A DNA stretch of 64,000 nt, from NCBI GenBank assembly GCA_003564155.1, contig PWOA01000042.1, positions 12,445 to 76,444 of the forward strand, given 5' to 3'. The notes below the pieces were generated by a model. It worked only from the letters and a program-made list of their open reading frames with translations. It was not told the DNA's origin and searched no databases. A program made the position numbers and the translations under genes. This DNA comes from Candidatus Cloacimonadota bacterium (GTDB lineage Bacteria > Cloacimonadota > Cloacimonadia > Cloacimonadales > PWNZ01). This document shows positions 41,252 through 50,134 of this stretch, piece after piece. Numbering within the stretch: position 1 is the stretch's first letter; the number at the start of each line of letters is the position of its first letter.

Positions 41252-43384
41252 TCAATCATTGAGAATTGACTTTATCATAAATTCGGCTGATTCATGTAAA
41301 TCATCTTGTGGATAGTCGTTAATCAATTTTTGAAAAATCTCAACTGCATTGGTATAATCTTCCAGTTCTCTAGCTAAGAGGAAAGCTTTCATAAATAAAG
41401 CTCGATAATCATCATTATTGTTTTGGTGGTTAGTAATAATCGTTTCATAATAGTTAATTGCATCCTTGAACCGGTTTCGATTTTGAGCTTCTTCGGCTAA
41501 TGAGAATAATTCGTTTGCAGACAGTACTATTGACAACCTTTCAGGATACATAACTATACTATATTTATCCATTAACTCTTGTGTAAGATCAATCCACCCA
41601 GCAAGTCTATTGTCATAAGTAAGGATGTCAGTCAGATGATCTTTGAGATAATCAAACGAATAAGTGTAAGAGGGGTAATGATCTAAACCTTCTATAAAGA
41701 AATATAGTCCTAAATTATTCTGATGAATATCGCTTAATTCACCTAATTCTGTACTCCAAAAAACATTAAGCATCACCTTATCGTATCCAAATACGGGTAA
41801 GGGTTGATTTTTATAGATGTAAGGTATTGTGCCGCCCCTGTTTGTGAATAAGGAAGGAGCTATTATCTCTCTCATCTTCTCTTCATATTCTTGTCTATTA
41901 TCTATGTTCTGTGCTTCTTTAGCCATTGCTCGAGCTTGTTTTGCATCATTTTTTGACTGGAACATGAATAATCTGACCGTTAAATGTTCCTTAGTAGTAT
42001 ATCTGTCCAAATTATCTTCATAGAAGTTTTTCAAATCATCCGTTGTAGGATCTACTTTATCAATTACCCTCTGTTGGAAGAAGTTCTTGAGTATAATATG
42101 CCTGCGAAGTTGGTTAACTTCTGGATGTTGTAGTACCGCTTGATCATATTCACTGGTGACTGGTTCGCTTAAAGATAATAACAACTCCGGGTTTTCTAAC
42201 TGAGGATCTTCATAAGCTTTTTTTCTTGCTTCATAATCAAATAGATTCACCTCAATAATATTATTGACTAGCCTATTGAGAGCTTCTGGGGAGAATTTAT
42301 CCATCCATTCTTCTCTCGGTAAATGGCGAAATTGAGTATAATAGTTAGCGTCGGCGGTAATGTCGTCATTAGTAATATAGGGTGATATAGATCGAAAGTG
42401 GTTATATATATCTTCAACCGTTGTTGTCATTTCTGGAGTATCAGCTGTAATAACAATTTCATTCAGGATACCACAAAATGGTGTAATATCAAGTAAGTTA
42501 ACCTTCTCTAAGGTATTTTCATTTATTGTTACATTATGAGTATTTTTTAGTGATTCGATTATTTCACTTTTCCGGGTTCTTTCCTTAATCCTTGTTAGAG
42601 TGCTTTCAATATTATGTTTAACTTGTTCAAAGGGCTTTGTTTTGTCCGGTATTACTTCTTGAACGTTAAAAAAATGAATTCCTGATTGTGTTTTAAAAGG
42701 TCCCACCCATTGTTTTTTAGGAGAAGATACAATTTTTTCATATAAGTCGAAATCTCTTCCTATGCCTCTTATAAAACCATTGCTCCTGATATCTGCAATC
42801 ATTCCATTATTCCCTTTTGAGTATTCATTAACTGAGTAACGATTGACAATGTTTAGATAATCAGTTGAGCCATTAAGATCTTGGACTACAGAATCAATAT
42901 AGTTTTCATCATCAAGCATAATATGTTTTATAATAATATTACCTGTTACGGTATAAAACTCGATATTTTGTTTATAGTAATTCTTTATCTCTTGCTCTGT
43001 AATCTTAATGTTTTCAGATATTTCTCTGCGTCTGAACATACTTGCATAGTATGGTTTGAGTTTGTCTTCATAATCACTGAAAGTGTCCGGATTGGTATCG
43101 ATCCCCATCTCAAGAGCCTCATAATACGATAATCTATTAAGTACTATAGCCTCTAATAATTCTTTACGACCTTCATTAGTAGCATATTTCGAACGGAACA
43201 TTTGGGGTATTTTATAAAACTCATTATCAAAATCAGCCTTAGTGATATAACCTCCATTATATTCGGCTAAAATAGTATCTGAAGGTATTTTTGATGCTAT
43301 AAGTGTGCTACATAACGCAAAAAACACTAACAGCAAATATTTAGGATTCAATAATGAATTAGTTTTCACATTGTGTGTGAACAT
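41252..43384 (-). CDS. Paralog of the adjacent parvulin/TPR protein
   Basis: GGYITKADFD, KHIML, RYSVNEYSK, GPFKTQSGIHFF, TPR ALFMKAFL..HESAEFMIKSI; collinear with 39005..41017. Confidence 0.85.
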   Translation of the reverse strand: MFTHNVKTNSLLNPKYLLLVFFALCSTLIASKIPSDTILAEYNGGYITKADFDNEFYKIPQMFRSKYATNEGRKELLEAIVLNRLSYYEALEMGIDTNPDTFSDYEDKLKPYYASMFRRREISENIKITEQEIKNYYKQNIEFYTVTGNIIIKHIMLDDENYIDSVVQDLNGSTDYLNIVNRYSVNEYSKGNNGMIADIRSNGFIRGIGRDFDLYEKIVSSPKKQWVGPFKTQSGIHFFNVQEVIPDKTKPFEQVKHNIESTLTRIKERTRKSEIIESLKNTHNVTINENTLEKVNLLDITPFCGILNEIVITADTPEMTTTVEDIYNHFRSISPYITNDDITADANYYTQFRHLPREEWMDKFSPEALNRLVNNIIEVNLFDYEARKKAYEDPQLENPELLLSLSEPVTSEYDQAVLQHPEVNQLRRHIILKNFFQQRVIDKVDPTTDDLKNFYEDNLDRYTTKEHLTVRLFMFQSKNDAKQARAMAKEAQNIDNRQEYEEKMREIIAPSLFTNRGGTIPYIYKNQPLPVFGYDKVMLNVFWSTELGELSDIHQNNLGLYFFIEGLDHYPSYTYSFDYLKDHLTDILTYDNRLAGWIDLTQELMDKYSIVMYPERLSIVLSANELFSLAEEAQNRNRFKDAINYYETIITNHQNNNDDYRALFMKAFLLARELEDYTNAVEIFQKLINDYPQDDLHESAEFMIKSILND

Positions 43385-43926
43385 AATATCTACTCCTTAA
43401 ATTATGGTCTATTATAGTTTATCACGTATAACGGATTATACACAAAAAAATATCCATGCTTACTCCGTCAAGTTAATCAAAAATAATCGATATTGAGATG
43501 ATCAAGACATTTTTCAATTGCTTTACTTTCCTAATCTGAAGATAGTAATTATGAGGGTAGAAGAAGAGGGGTGGTTAAAAAGCTCGTCAGTAAGTCGATC
43601 ATAAGCATTATTGCAAAAAAATATAGCATGTACGAATAAATTGACAATTCAAATATGACCTGTAATAATATTAGATATGTCAATAAATGCCAAATAATCA
43701 CTATTACTTAATTATACACCATCTGCCTATGAGTTAAGAAGATAAACAAGTATTGGCGGCTTCTACAAATTTACAGATTTGAAATTATGCTTGACACGAT
43801 AACCACGTATTGCAAAAGTAGTCGACACATTGATTTTTGGATACTGAATATTTTTTAGACATTATTTTTAATATTACGGTGACATTCAGTATCTGGCGCA
43901 AATGGCGGCAGATTTTGTTTGGACTA

Positions 43927-43942
43927 TGGAATGCTATTTGCA
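43927..43942 (+). promoter_or_regulatory. Sigma54 (-24/-12) promoter of the major pilin
   Basis: TGGAATGCTATTTGCA = GG-N10-GC, about 55 nt upstream of the pilA ATG. Confidence 0.7.
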
Positions 43943-43998
43943 TTAAGATTTGGCAATGACAAAAAGTCATAAAAAAAAACTCAAACTTAGGAGGAAGA

Positions 43999-44427
43999 AT
44001 GATTAAGTTCTTTAGAAACAACAAAGGTTTCACATTAGTTGAAATTTTGGTCGTCGTTATTATCGTAGCTATATTGGCTGCAATCGCTGTACCAATTTAT
44101 TTAAGGTATGTAGAAAGAGCAAGGGCTTCTGAGCCTCAATCTGCGCTTAGTTCGATAAGAACTGCGTACAGAATTCACAGACAAACTTACGGTTCTACCG
44201 ATAATTATAGTATTGAAGATGCACTTCAAGATTCTAGACTCGGTAGAAGAACAACCAGAAACTGGACATTTGAAGTAGTTGGAAGTCCTCCAACAGCGTA
44301 TGTCGCAACTTCTACAACTGAATTCCCGGGTGGTGAAGGTCACCAAGTAATTTATGATGAAATTAATGCTTCATTTTCCGGATATGGTGTGGATGTTTAC
44401 ACAGAGGTAGAAGAAGACGATTTTTAG
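43999..44427 (+). CDS. pilA: Type IVa major pilin
   Basis: Leader MIKFFRNNKG|FTLVEILVVVIIVAILAAIAVP with E5 and P22; strong AGGAGG RBS; first gene of the locus. Confidence 0.9.
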   Translation: MIKFFRNNKGFTLVEILVVVIIVAILAAIAVPIYLRYVERARASEPQSALSSIRTAYRIHRQTYGSTDNYSIEDALQDSRLGRRTTRNWTFEVVGSPPTAYVATSTTEFPGGEGHQVIYDEINASFSGYGVDVYTEVEEDDF

Positions 44428-44636
44428 TGAATAATTATTTAGTTTAAAAAAAAGTCTTTTTTTGAGCTATTAAATTCGTAACGTTATTAAGGGAAAGTAA
44501 GCATTTTGGTTTTTGGCCATGCAACTATAACTTAATTATTTTAGTATTAATGACAAGTATAATATGGATTAGCATTATTATTAGAAATATCGAGTTTAAT
44601 AGACGAAGTGTTTAACCATAACTATTTAACCCGGAG

Positions 44637-45692
44637 GTGTTCTTGACAATTAAAGAATTATTACAATTTACTTCTGATGCTGAGGCATCTGACCTTCATA
44701 TCAGCACTGGCTCAGTTCCGATGATCAGGGTTTTTACTAAGATGAAAAAGCTTAATATGCCTGTTTTATCGGCTGAGGAAGTCAAAAAGTTGATTTTTGA
44801 AGTTCTGACTGAGGATCAACAAAAAACTCTATTAGAAGAAAGAGAGATTGACTTCTCTACAAAGCTTACAGACGAGACTCGATTTCGTGTAAATGCTTTT
44901 ACTCAGTTAAATGGTTTGGCTGCTTCTTTTCGTTTAATCCCTAATGTAATTAAAAGTTTTGAAGAATTAAACTTACCAAATATATTAGGAAGGTTAGCGT
45001 TAATGGATAAAGGATTAATTCTTTTAACCGGACCAACCGGTAGTGGTAAGACAACTACATTATCGGCTATGATTGATGTCATTAACGAAAGAAAATCACG
45101 TCATATCATTACTATTGAAGATCCGGTAGAGTATGTCCATGAAAGTAAAAACTCGCTAATCAATCAGCGAGAAGTTGGCCATGACACTAAATCATTTGCC
45201 GGTGCATTGCGATCGGCTCTTCGTCAAGACCCTGATGTAATCTTGGTTGGTGAGATGCGTGACTTAGAAACTGTATCACTTGCATTGACAGCAGCAGAAA
45301 CCGGCCACCTGGTTCTTTCAACTCTTCACACGAGTGGAGCAACAAAGTCAATAGATAGAATAATTGATACTTATCCAAAAGAACAACAAGCACAGGTAAA
45401 GTCGATGCTTTCAGAATCGTTAGAAGCAGTGGTAGCACAGAAGATATTACCAATGAAAGGTGGACACGGTCTGGTTCCCGCAGTAGAAATCATGATTGCC
45501 AATTCAGCGGTGAGAAACCTTATCCGTGAGGGTAAGACTTTCCAAATACCTTCAATACTTCAATCCGGAGCGAAAGAAGGTATGCAATCTCTTGACCAAT
45601 CATTGTACAGTCTCGTTACAAATGGACTTATTGATAGAGATGTTGCTGAAGAAGTTTCTACTAGTCCGCAAATGTTTCAAACAGGGACATGA
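44637..45692 (+). CDS. pilT: Type IV pilus retraction ATPase PilT
   Basis: ASDLH, GPTGSGKTT, IEDPVEY, LRQDPDVILVGEMRD, AAETGHLV, AVRNLIRE. Confidence 0.96.
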   Translation: MFLTIKELLQFTSDAEASDLHISTGSVPMIRVFTKMKKLNMPVLSAEEVKKLIFEVLTEDQQKTLLEEREIDFSTKLTDETRFRVNAFTQLNGLAASFRLIPNVIKSFEELNLPNILGRLALMDKGLILLTGPTGSGKTTTLSAMIDVINERKSRHIITIEDPVEYVHESKNSLINQREVGHDTKSFAGALRSALRQDPDVILVGEMRDLETVSLALTAAETGHLVLSTLHTSGATKSIDRIIDTYPKEQQAQVKSMLSESLEAVVAQKILPMKGGHGLVPAVEIMIANSAVRNLIREGKTFQIPSILQSGAKEGMQSLDQSLYSLVTNGLIDRDVAEEVSTSPQMFQTGT

Positions 45693-45835
45693 TTCTAAGT
45701 GTTAAACTATCGCACTACAAATCAAATTCGTTCAAGCATTGATAATTTGTATGATGCGAAGATTAATTGGGGTCATACTTTGATTAGTCCAATAAAAATT
45801 AACTAAATTAAAAAAAGAATGGTAAGGAATATACG

Positions 45836-46360
45836 ATGAGATTAACAAATAGAATTAATCCAACAGGATGGTTGCGGCGGATATTAAAGAATAGAACCCA
45901 ACATCAGGGAGTAGATCATGGAAGACTACCCGATACAGGTTCGTTTCTCAATAACCAAAGTGGTCTATCTCTCGTTGAAGTCCTTATTGCTTCAGTAATT
46001 ATTGTAGTAGCTGCTTTTGGTATATACATTGGTATTCTGTATGCAGAATCTCAAATCAATCGTAATTACCATGAACGAGTAGCTGCATTACTAGCTTCAG
46101 GTGAATGTGACTGGCAATATTATTCAATAATGTATCGCAGCGATTTCGATGAATTCGCGAGCCGTGACGTTGTTATCAACTCTTATGAAGGAACAGGTAG
46201 ACCTCCTTTAAGAGGAAGGATGACGATGAACATTGGTGAACAAGTTGATGTTCTTTTCGGTAGAACGATGCGTTACAGAACGTTGACAGTCCAGATAGCA
46301 TGGAATGAACCATTAGCTGGTGAAAGAATAATAGCAGTAAGAGAGGACTTATTCAGATGA
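45836..46360 (+). CDS. Minor pilin (PilV-like) with long leader
   Basis: NQSG|LSLVEVLIASVII prepilin site, C-terminal V.IAW. Confidence 0.8.
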   Translation: MRLTNRINPTGWLRRILKNRTQHQGVDHGRLPDTGSFLNNQSGLSLVEVLIASVIIVVAAFGIYIGILYAESQINRNYHERVAALLASGECDWQYYSIMYRSDFDEFASRDVVINSYEGTGRPPLRGRMTMNIGEQVDVLFGRTMRYRTLTVQIAWNEPLAGERIIAVREDLFR

Positions 46361-47115
46361 GTATGAGGACAAACCCCAGAGGCTTACACTTGAAAGATAA
46401 TCAGGAGTCTGTTATGCAAAAACAAAATGAAACTGAAATGCAATCAAGTGTCAACATACAGTTAACTGAAGTTAGGCAAGTCCGAACGCAGTCATGTTTT
46501 AGCCGGAAGCTTTTCGGTGTTAAGCGTTACCGTTTAGACTCGGAAAGCGGGTTCACTTTGACGGAAGTTTTGGCAGCAATAGCTGTATCGACAATTTTAA
46601 TTGCTATGGCAGCTGTTGCCATTTTTACTTTTTATACGAAGTATAGAGAACTGCGTCTTTTTGCTGAACTACAGCAGGATGCATTCGATGCCGTTGAAAC
46701 TATCAAGTACGGCTATCCTTTTGACATAGAATATGATTACTTTTTTATGGGGATAGCTAACTCGAGGAGTGTTACCTTTGAAGCATCCGGTGCACAACTT
46801 GGTGAATATACTGGGATCTTGTGTTATCCATCTGATAATAGAACCGGAGGGACTCACGATTATGTACGTTTCTTCTACGATAGAGATAGAAGAGCAATCA
46901 GAGTTCAGTCTCTTCAGGGGATTAGATTTTTCCAAGATCAGATATTCCCGAGGCCTAGAGATACCAATACTGAAGTCACAAAACTTAGATTTGCTTCTCT
47001 AACCGGCGTGGAAAATCCTAGAGTTGTAAGTATGGAACTTGAAGCCCGTGTTAAAGTATCAGAAGATAGATACAGGTATGTAAATTACAGGACCAATATT
47101 GCATTGGGCAGATAA
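46357..47115 (+). CDS. Minor pilin (PilW-like) with long leader; alternative start 46414
   Basis: ESG|FTLTEVLAAIAVS prepilin site, ELQQDA, C-terminal T.IAL. Confidence 0.8.
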   Translation: MSMRTNPRGLHLKDNQESVMQKQNETEMQSSVNIQLTEVRQVRTQSCFSRKLFGVKRYRLDSESGFTLTEVLAAIAVSTILIAMAAVAIFTFYTKYRELRLFAELQQDAFDAVETIKYGYPFDIEYDYFFMGIANSRSVTFEASGAQLGEYTGILCYPSDNRTGGTHDYVRFFYDRDRRAIRVQSLQGIRFFQDQIFPRPRDTNTEVTKLRFASLTGVENPRVVSMELEARVKVSEDRYRYVNYRTNIALGR

Positions 47116-47320
47116 TAATTTAGGCAATTTATATGTAAGTTAAGGAATGAATAATGATGATTATTCACTTCATAAATACTATATAAATAGAGTCAATTGA
47201 GTATGATTCGTCTTTAATCGATACACTATGTTAAGTCATTAATAATTATGACGTGTATATAACTTATAGTTTTATTGATAAGTTGAATTAATGGATCAAG
47301 ACTAAACGAGAAGAGGAATT

Positions 47321-48403
47321 ATGGCAAAAAAACAAAAAATAAAGTTTAAAGAATCAGTGGGAATTGATATCGGTTTTCATTCAATTAAGCTTGTTCATCT
47401 TAAAAAAATACATAATGGATTTAAGTTGCTTAATTATGAAATCATGCCGACTATCCCCCCGGGAACGGACTATACTCCCTCTGATTTAAGCAAAAACCGT
47501 TATGCACCAGTTCTTGCAGAGATGCTTTCAACTTTAAAGATTAAGCCCAAGAAGGTAAAACATCTGGTCAGCTCGATAGGCGGAGATCATCTTAGTATAA
47601 AGCAAATTAAGACGATATTCCTTCCGGATGAAGAACTCGAATCGGCATTATTCTTTGAAGCTAAAAAGCATCTTCCCATTAGTGGAAGTGATATGGTGCT
47701 TGATTTTCAAGTTGTCAATGTTGAGGAGCGGACGAATAATATGAATATTATACTCGTCGCTACAAATAAAGAACACTTGCAAAATCACACCGATGTTTTG
47801 GAAGCAGCGGATTTAACCCCGGGTGTAATCGACGCCGAACCTTTAGCTTTAAGCAATAGTCTATTATTTAACGCTCTTATTGAAGAGGGCGTATATATAA
47901 TATTGAATATTGGTGCTCATAAAACTAATATGGTAATATATGGGCCGCAAGCTAAGTACTTTACCAGAGATCTTGCATGGGGCGGATATTTCTTCACGAA
48001 AGATGTCATGAAGAGGAAAAAATTGTCGTTTGAGGATGCGGAGAAGTACAAGTTTGAGTATGGTATAACCGGAGAGAAGAAAAAACAAGAAGAAGTTAAA
48101 GGTGGTGGTGGTTTATCAACATTAGAGATTTCAGATAAACCTACTGAAGAGCAAATAGCACTTGAGGTAAAAAGATCACTTAGATATTACGTAAAAGAAG
48201 CTGGAAACAGTGATTTTCGTAAGGTGTTGCTTGTTGGTGGATCCGCAAAAATAAAAGGTTTGCCTGAGTATCTTCAAGAACAGTTGAAAATACCAACAGA
48301 AGTGTTCAACCCATTTGTCAGTTTAGAGTTGCCTGAAAAGCTTAAGGATAAGAGAGATCCACAACTTGCTTTGGCTATAGGCTTGGCAATGAGAACAGAA
48401 TAA
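47321..48403 (+). CDS. pilM: Type IV pilus assembly protein PilM
   Basis: VGIDIG..SIK, EAKKHLP, LDFQ, LNIGA, GG..FT, VGGSA, NPF, AIGLAMR. Confidence 0.95.
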   Translation: MAKKQKIKFKESVGIDIGFHSIKLVHLKKIHNGFKLLNYEIMPTIPPGTDYTPSDLSKNRYAPVLAEMLSTLKIKPKKVKHLVSSIGGDHLSIKQIKTIFLPDEELESALFFEAKKHLPISGSDMVLDFQVVNVEERTNNMNIILVATNKEHLQNHTDVLEAADLTPGVIDAEPLALSNSLLFNALIEEGVYIILNIGAHKTNMVIYGPQAKYFTRDLAWGGYFFTKDVMKRKKLSFEDAEKYKFEYGITGEKKKQEEVKGGGGLSTLEISDKPTEEQIALEVKRSLRYYVKEAGNSDFRKVLLVGGSAKIKGLPEYLQEQLKIPTEVFNPFVSLELPEKLKDKRDPQLALAIGLAMRTE

Positions 48404-48413
48404 GGGGGAAACC

Positions 48414-49007
48414 ATGAATCAGTTCTATTTTAAAATAAACTTAAACAAATATGGTGAGAAAAGGTATCAAGTATTAGCTGAACAAAGACTATTCAAGAAT
48501 TTAATAACATCTTTTATTATTTTATCAATAGTCTTTTATGGTGCAATATTGTACTTTAATATGCAACTTACTAATAAGATGGATAACAGGCGTGAGTTGC
48601 TCTCATCAATTAGAGAGGAAATTGAAACTTATAGAGAAATTGGTGAATATCTTTCGACAAATGATTTGCAGCGATTAGCAAGAACAAGTACCGATAGAAT
48701 ATTTTGGGCTAATAAGCTTATTGCGCTGGCAGATCTGATAACTGACAAGATAGCGATTACTCATTTCTCCTATAGAGCAGGTACACTAAGTCTATTTGGA
48801 ATTACTCAAGTCGATATTGACGAGAAAGAATTTGACTTGATTGATGAATTCATAGAGTTACTGGGAGTTGATCCATTTATTTCTGACGATTTTGCAGAAG
48901 TTAGGTTTGTAAGAGCAAGTAGAGATATGGAGCAAGATGTAGATATCATCCGCTTCCAAATTGACTGTATCGGAAGAGGTTTACCTACAAGACAGAGGAG
49001 AAGCTAA
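48414..49007 (+). CDS. pilN: PilN-like alignment protein
   Basis: INL motif, one TM, coiled coil, W...L..L; position after pilM. Confidence 0.75.
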   Translation: MNQFYFKINLNKYGEKRYQVLAEQRLFKNLITSFIILSIVFYGAILYFNMQLTNKMDNRRELLSSIREEIETYREIGEYLSTNDLQRLARTSTDRIFWANKLIALADLITDKIAITHFSYRAGTLSLFGITQVDIDEKEFDLIDEFIELLGVDPFISDDFAEVRFVRASRDMEQDVDIIRFQIDCIGRGLPTRQRRS

Positions 49008-49567
49008 TGAAAGAAAAATATTTATTATTGCTCGGTTTAGTTGCCGTCGTGGCAGTGACATTCTTTTATACTTCTAGTAATATGATCAATGCACAATTAG
49101 ATGATATAGCAGGTATTGATCGGGTAATTAGAAGAGAACAAGAAAGGTTAAACAGTGCTCGTGTTATGGATGAAGAGCTCAGACAAGTATCGAGTGTAAT
49201 TGACAATACACTCATAGATGAAGAAAGACGTTCATTTACGGCAGAAGAAATTAATTCCTTTGTTCGTACACTTGCTGAGTTAGCTGATAGACACAAGATC
49301 GCTGTTTATTCATCTGCACCTAGGGCAGTACATGCCCCTGGAAACCTTATAGAGCATCAATTCTCTTTGGATATCATGTGTACTTATGTACAGTTAGGTA
49401 GGTTCTTAACCGAGATAGAGGCTATGGATCATATAATTAAGGTTAATACGATCGATACTAACCCTGTTAGAGGCGAAGGAGTCGGTTATCAAGAAAATGA
49501 TGAAATACAGACACAGTATAGAGTCATTCTTGAACTTTCTGCTTTTAAAATAATCAAGGAGGCATAA
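49007..49567 (+). CDS. pilO: PilO-like alignment protein
   Basis: TM, coiled coil, TY.QLGRFL.EIE.M..II.V; translationally coupled to pilN. Confidence 0.8.
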   Translation: MKEKYLLLLGLVAVVAVTFFYTSSNMINAQLDDIAGIDRVIRREQERLNSARVMDEELRQVSSVIDNTLIDEERRSFTAEEINSFVRTLAELADRHKIAVYSSAPRAVHAPGNLIEHQFSLDIMCTYVQLGRFLTEIEAMDHIIKVNTIDTNPVRGEGVGYQENDEIQTQYRVILELSAFKIIKEA

Positions 49568-50112
49568 TGGAAACTAGGCATATTAAAGATTTTACTCTCG
49601 CCGTTGTGGTCATTATCCTTATTGCGTTTTTAATTCATGCTATTGGTATTATGAGGACCTCTTTCGAAATTCCAGATGAATCAATTTATAAAGACTTAGC
49701 AATTGACCAACAGTTGCTAGCTCAGATTCAACAAATAGAAGAATCGATAAGTGATCGAATGGATTTCGTATTTACTGTAACCAGAGATCCTTTAGAACAA
49801 AATATAGTCTTAAGAACGCAAGTCGACCTTGAACAAGAATGGCGGGAAAAGGTTAAATCGATGATTAGGTTAGCTGCTACTTATGTTGATGATAGAGGCA
49901 ATAGAAGAGCTTCTATTGATTACCAAGGCGAAGTAAAAGCCTATGAGATTGGTGATTATATAGATAATAATCGCATAGAAAGCATAGTTAGTGGCAGAGT
50001 TACTCTAGCTTATAACGGTAGGGAACAGATATTGGAAGTAGAGCCAATACCTTCTAGACCACGTAGGATAGAGAGAGATAGAAGAGATAGACAAAGAGAA
50101 TACGTATGGTAA
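49567..50112 (+). CDS. pilP: PilP-like protein
   Basis: RDPL motif and GD.I...RI..I...V.L beta domain; position between pilO and the secretin. Confidence 0.65.
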   Translation: METRHIKDFTLAVVVIILIAFLIHAIGIMRTSFEIPDESIYKDLAIDQQLLAQIQQIEESISDRMDFVFTVTRDPLEQNIVLRTQVDLEQEWREKVKSMIRLAATYVDDRGNRRASIDYQGEVKAYEIGDYIDNNRIESIVSGRVTLAYNGREQILEVEPIPSRPRRIERDRRDRQREYVW

Positions 50113-50134
50113 ATAAAAGCAAAAAGGAGTATAT

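Noticed and set aside
43785-44033. 82-aa minus-strand ORF over the pilA promoter
   Set aside because: Overlaps the pilA start and promoter, with no recognisable features.
44507-44523. Possible sigma54 site upstream of pilT
   Set aside because: GG to GC spacing is 11, not 10.
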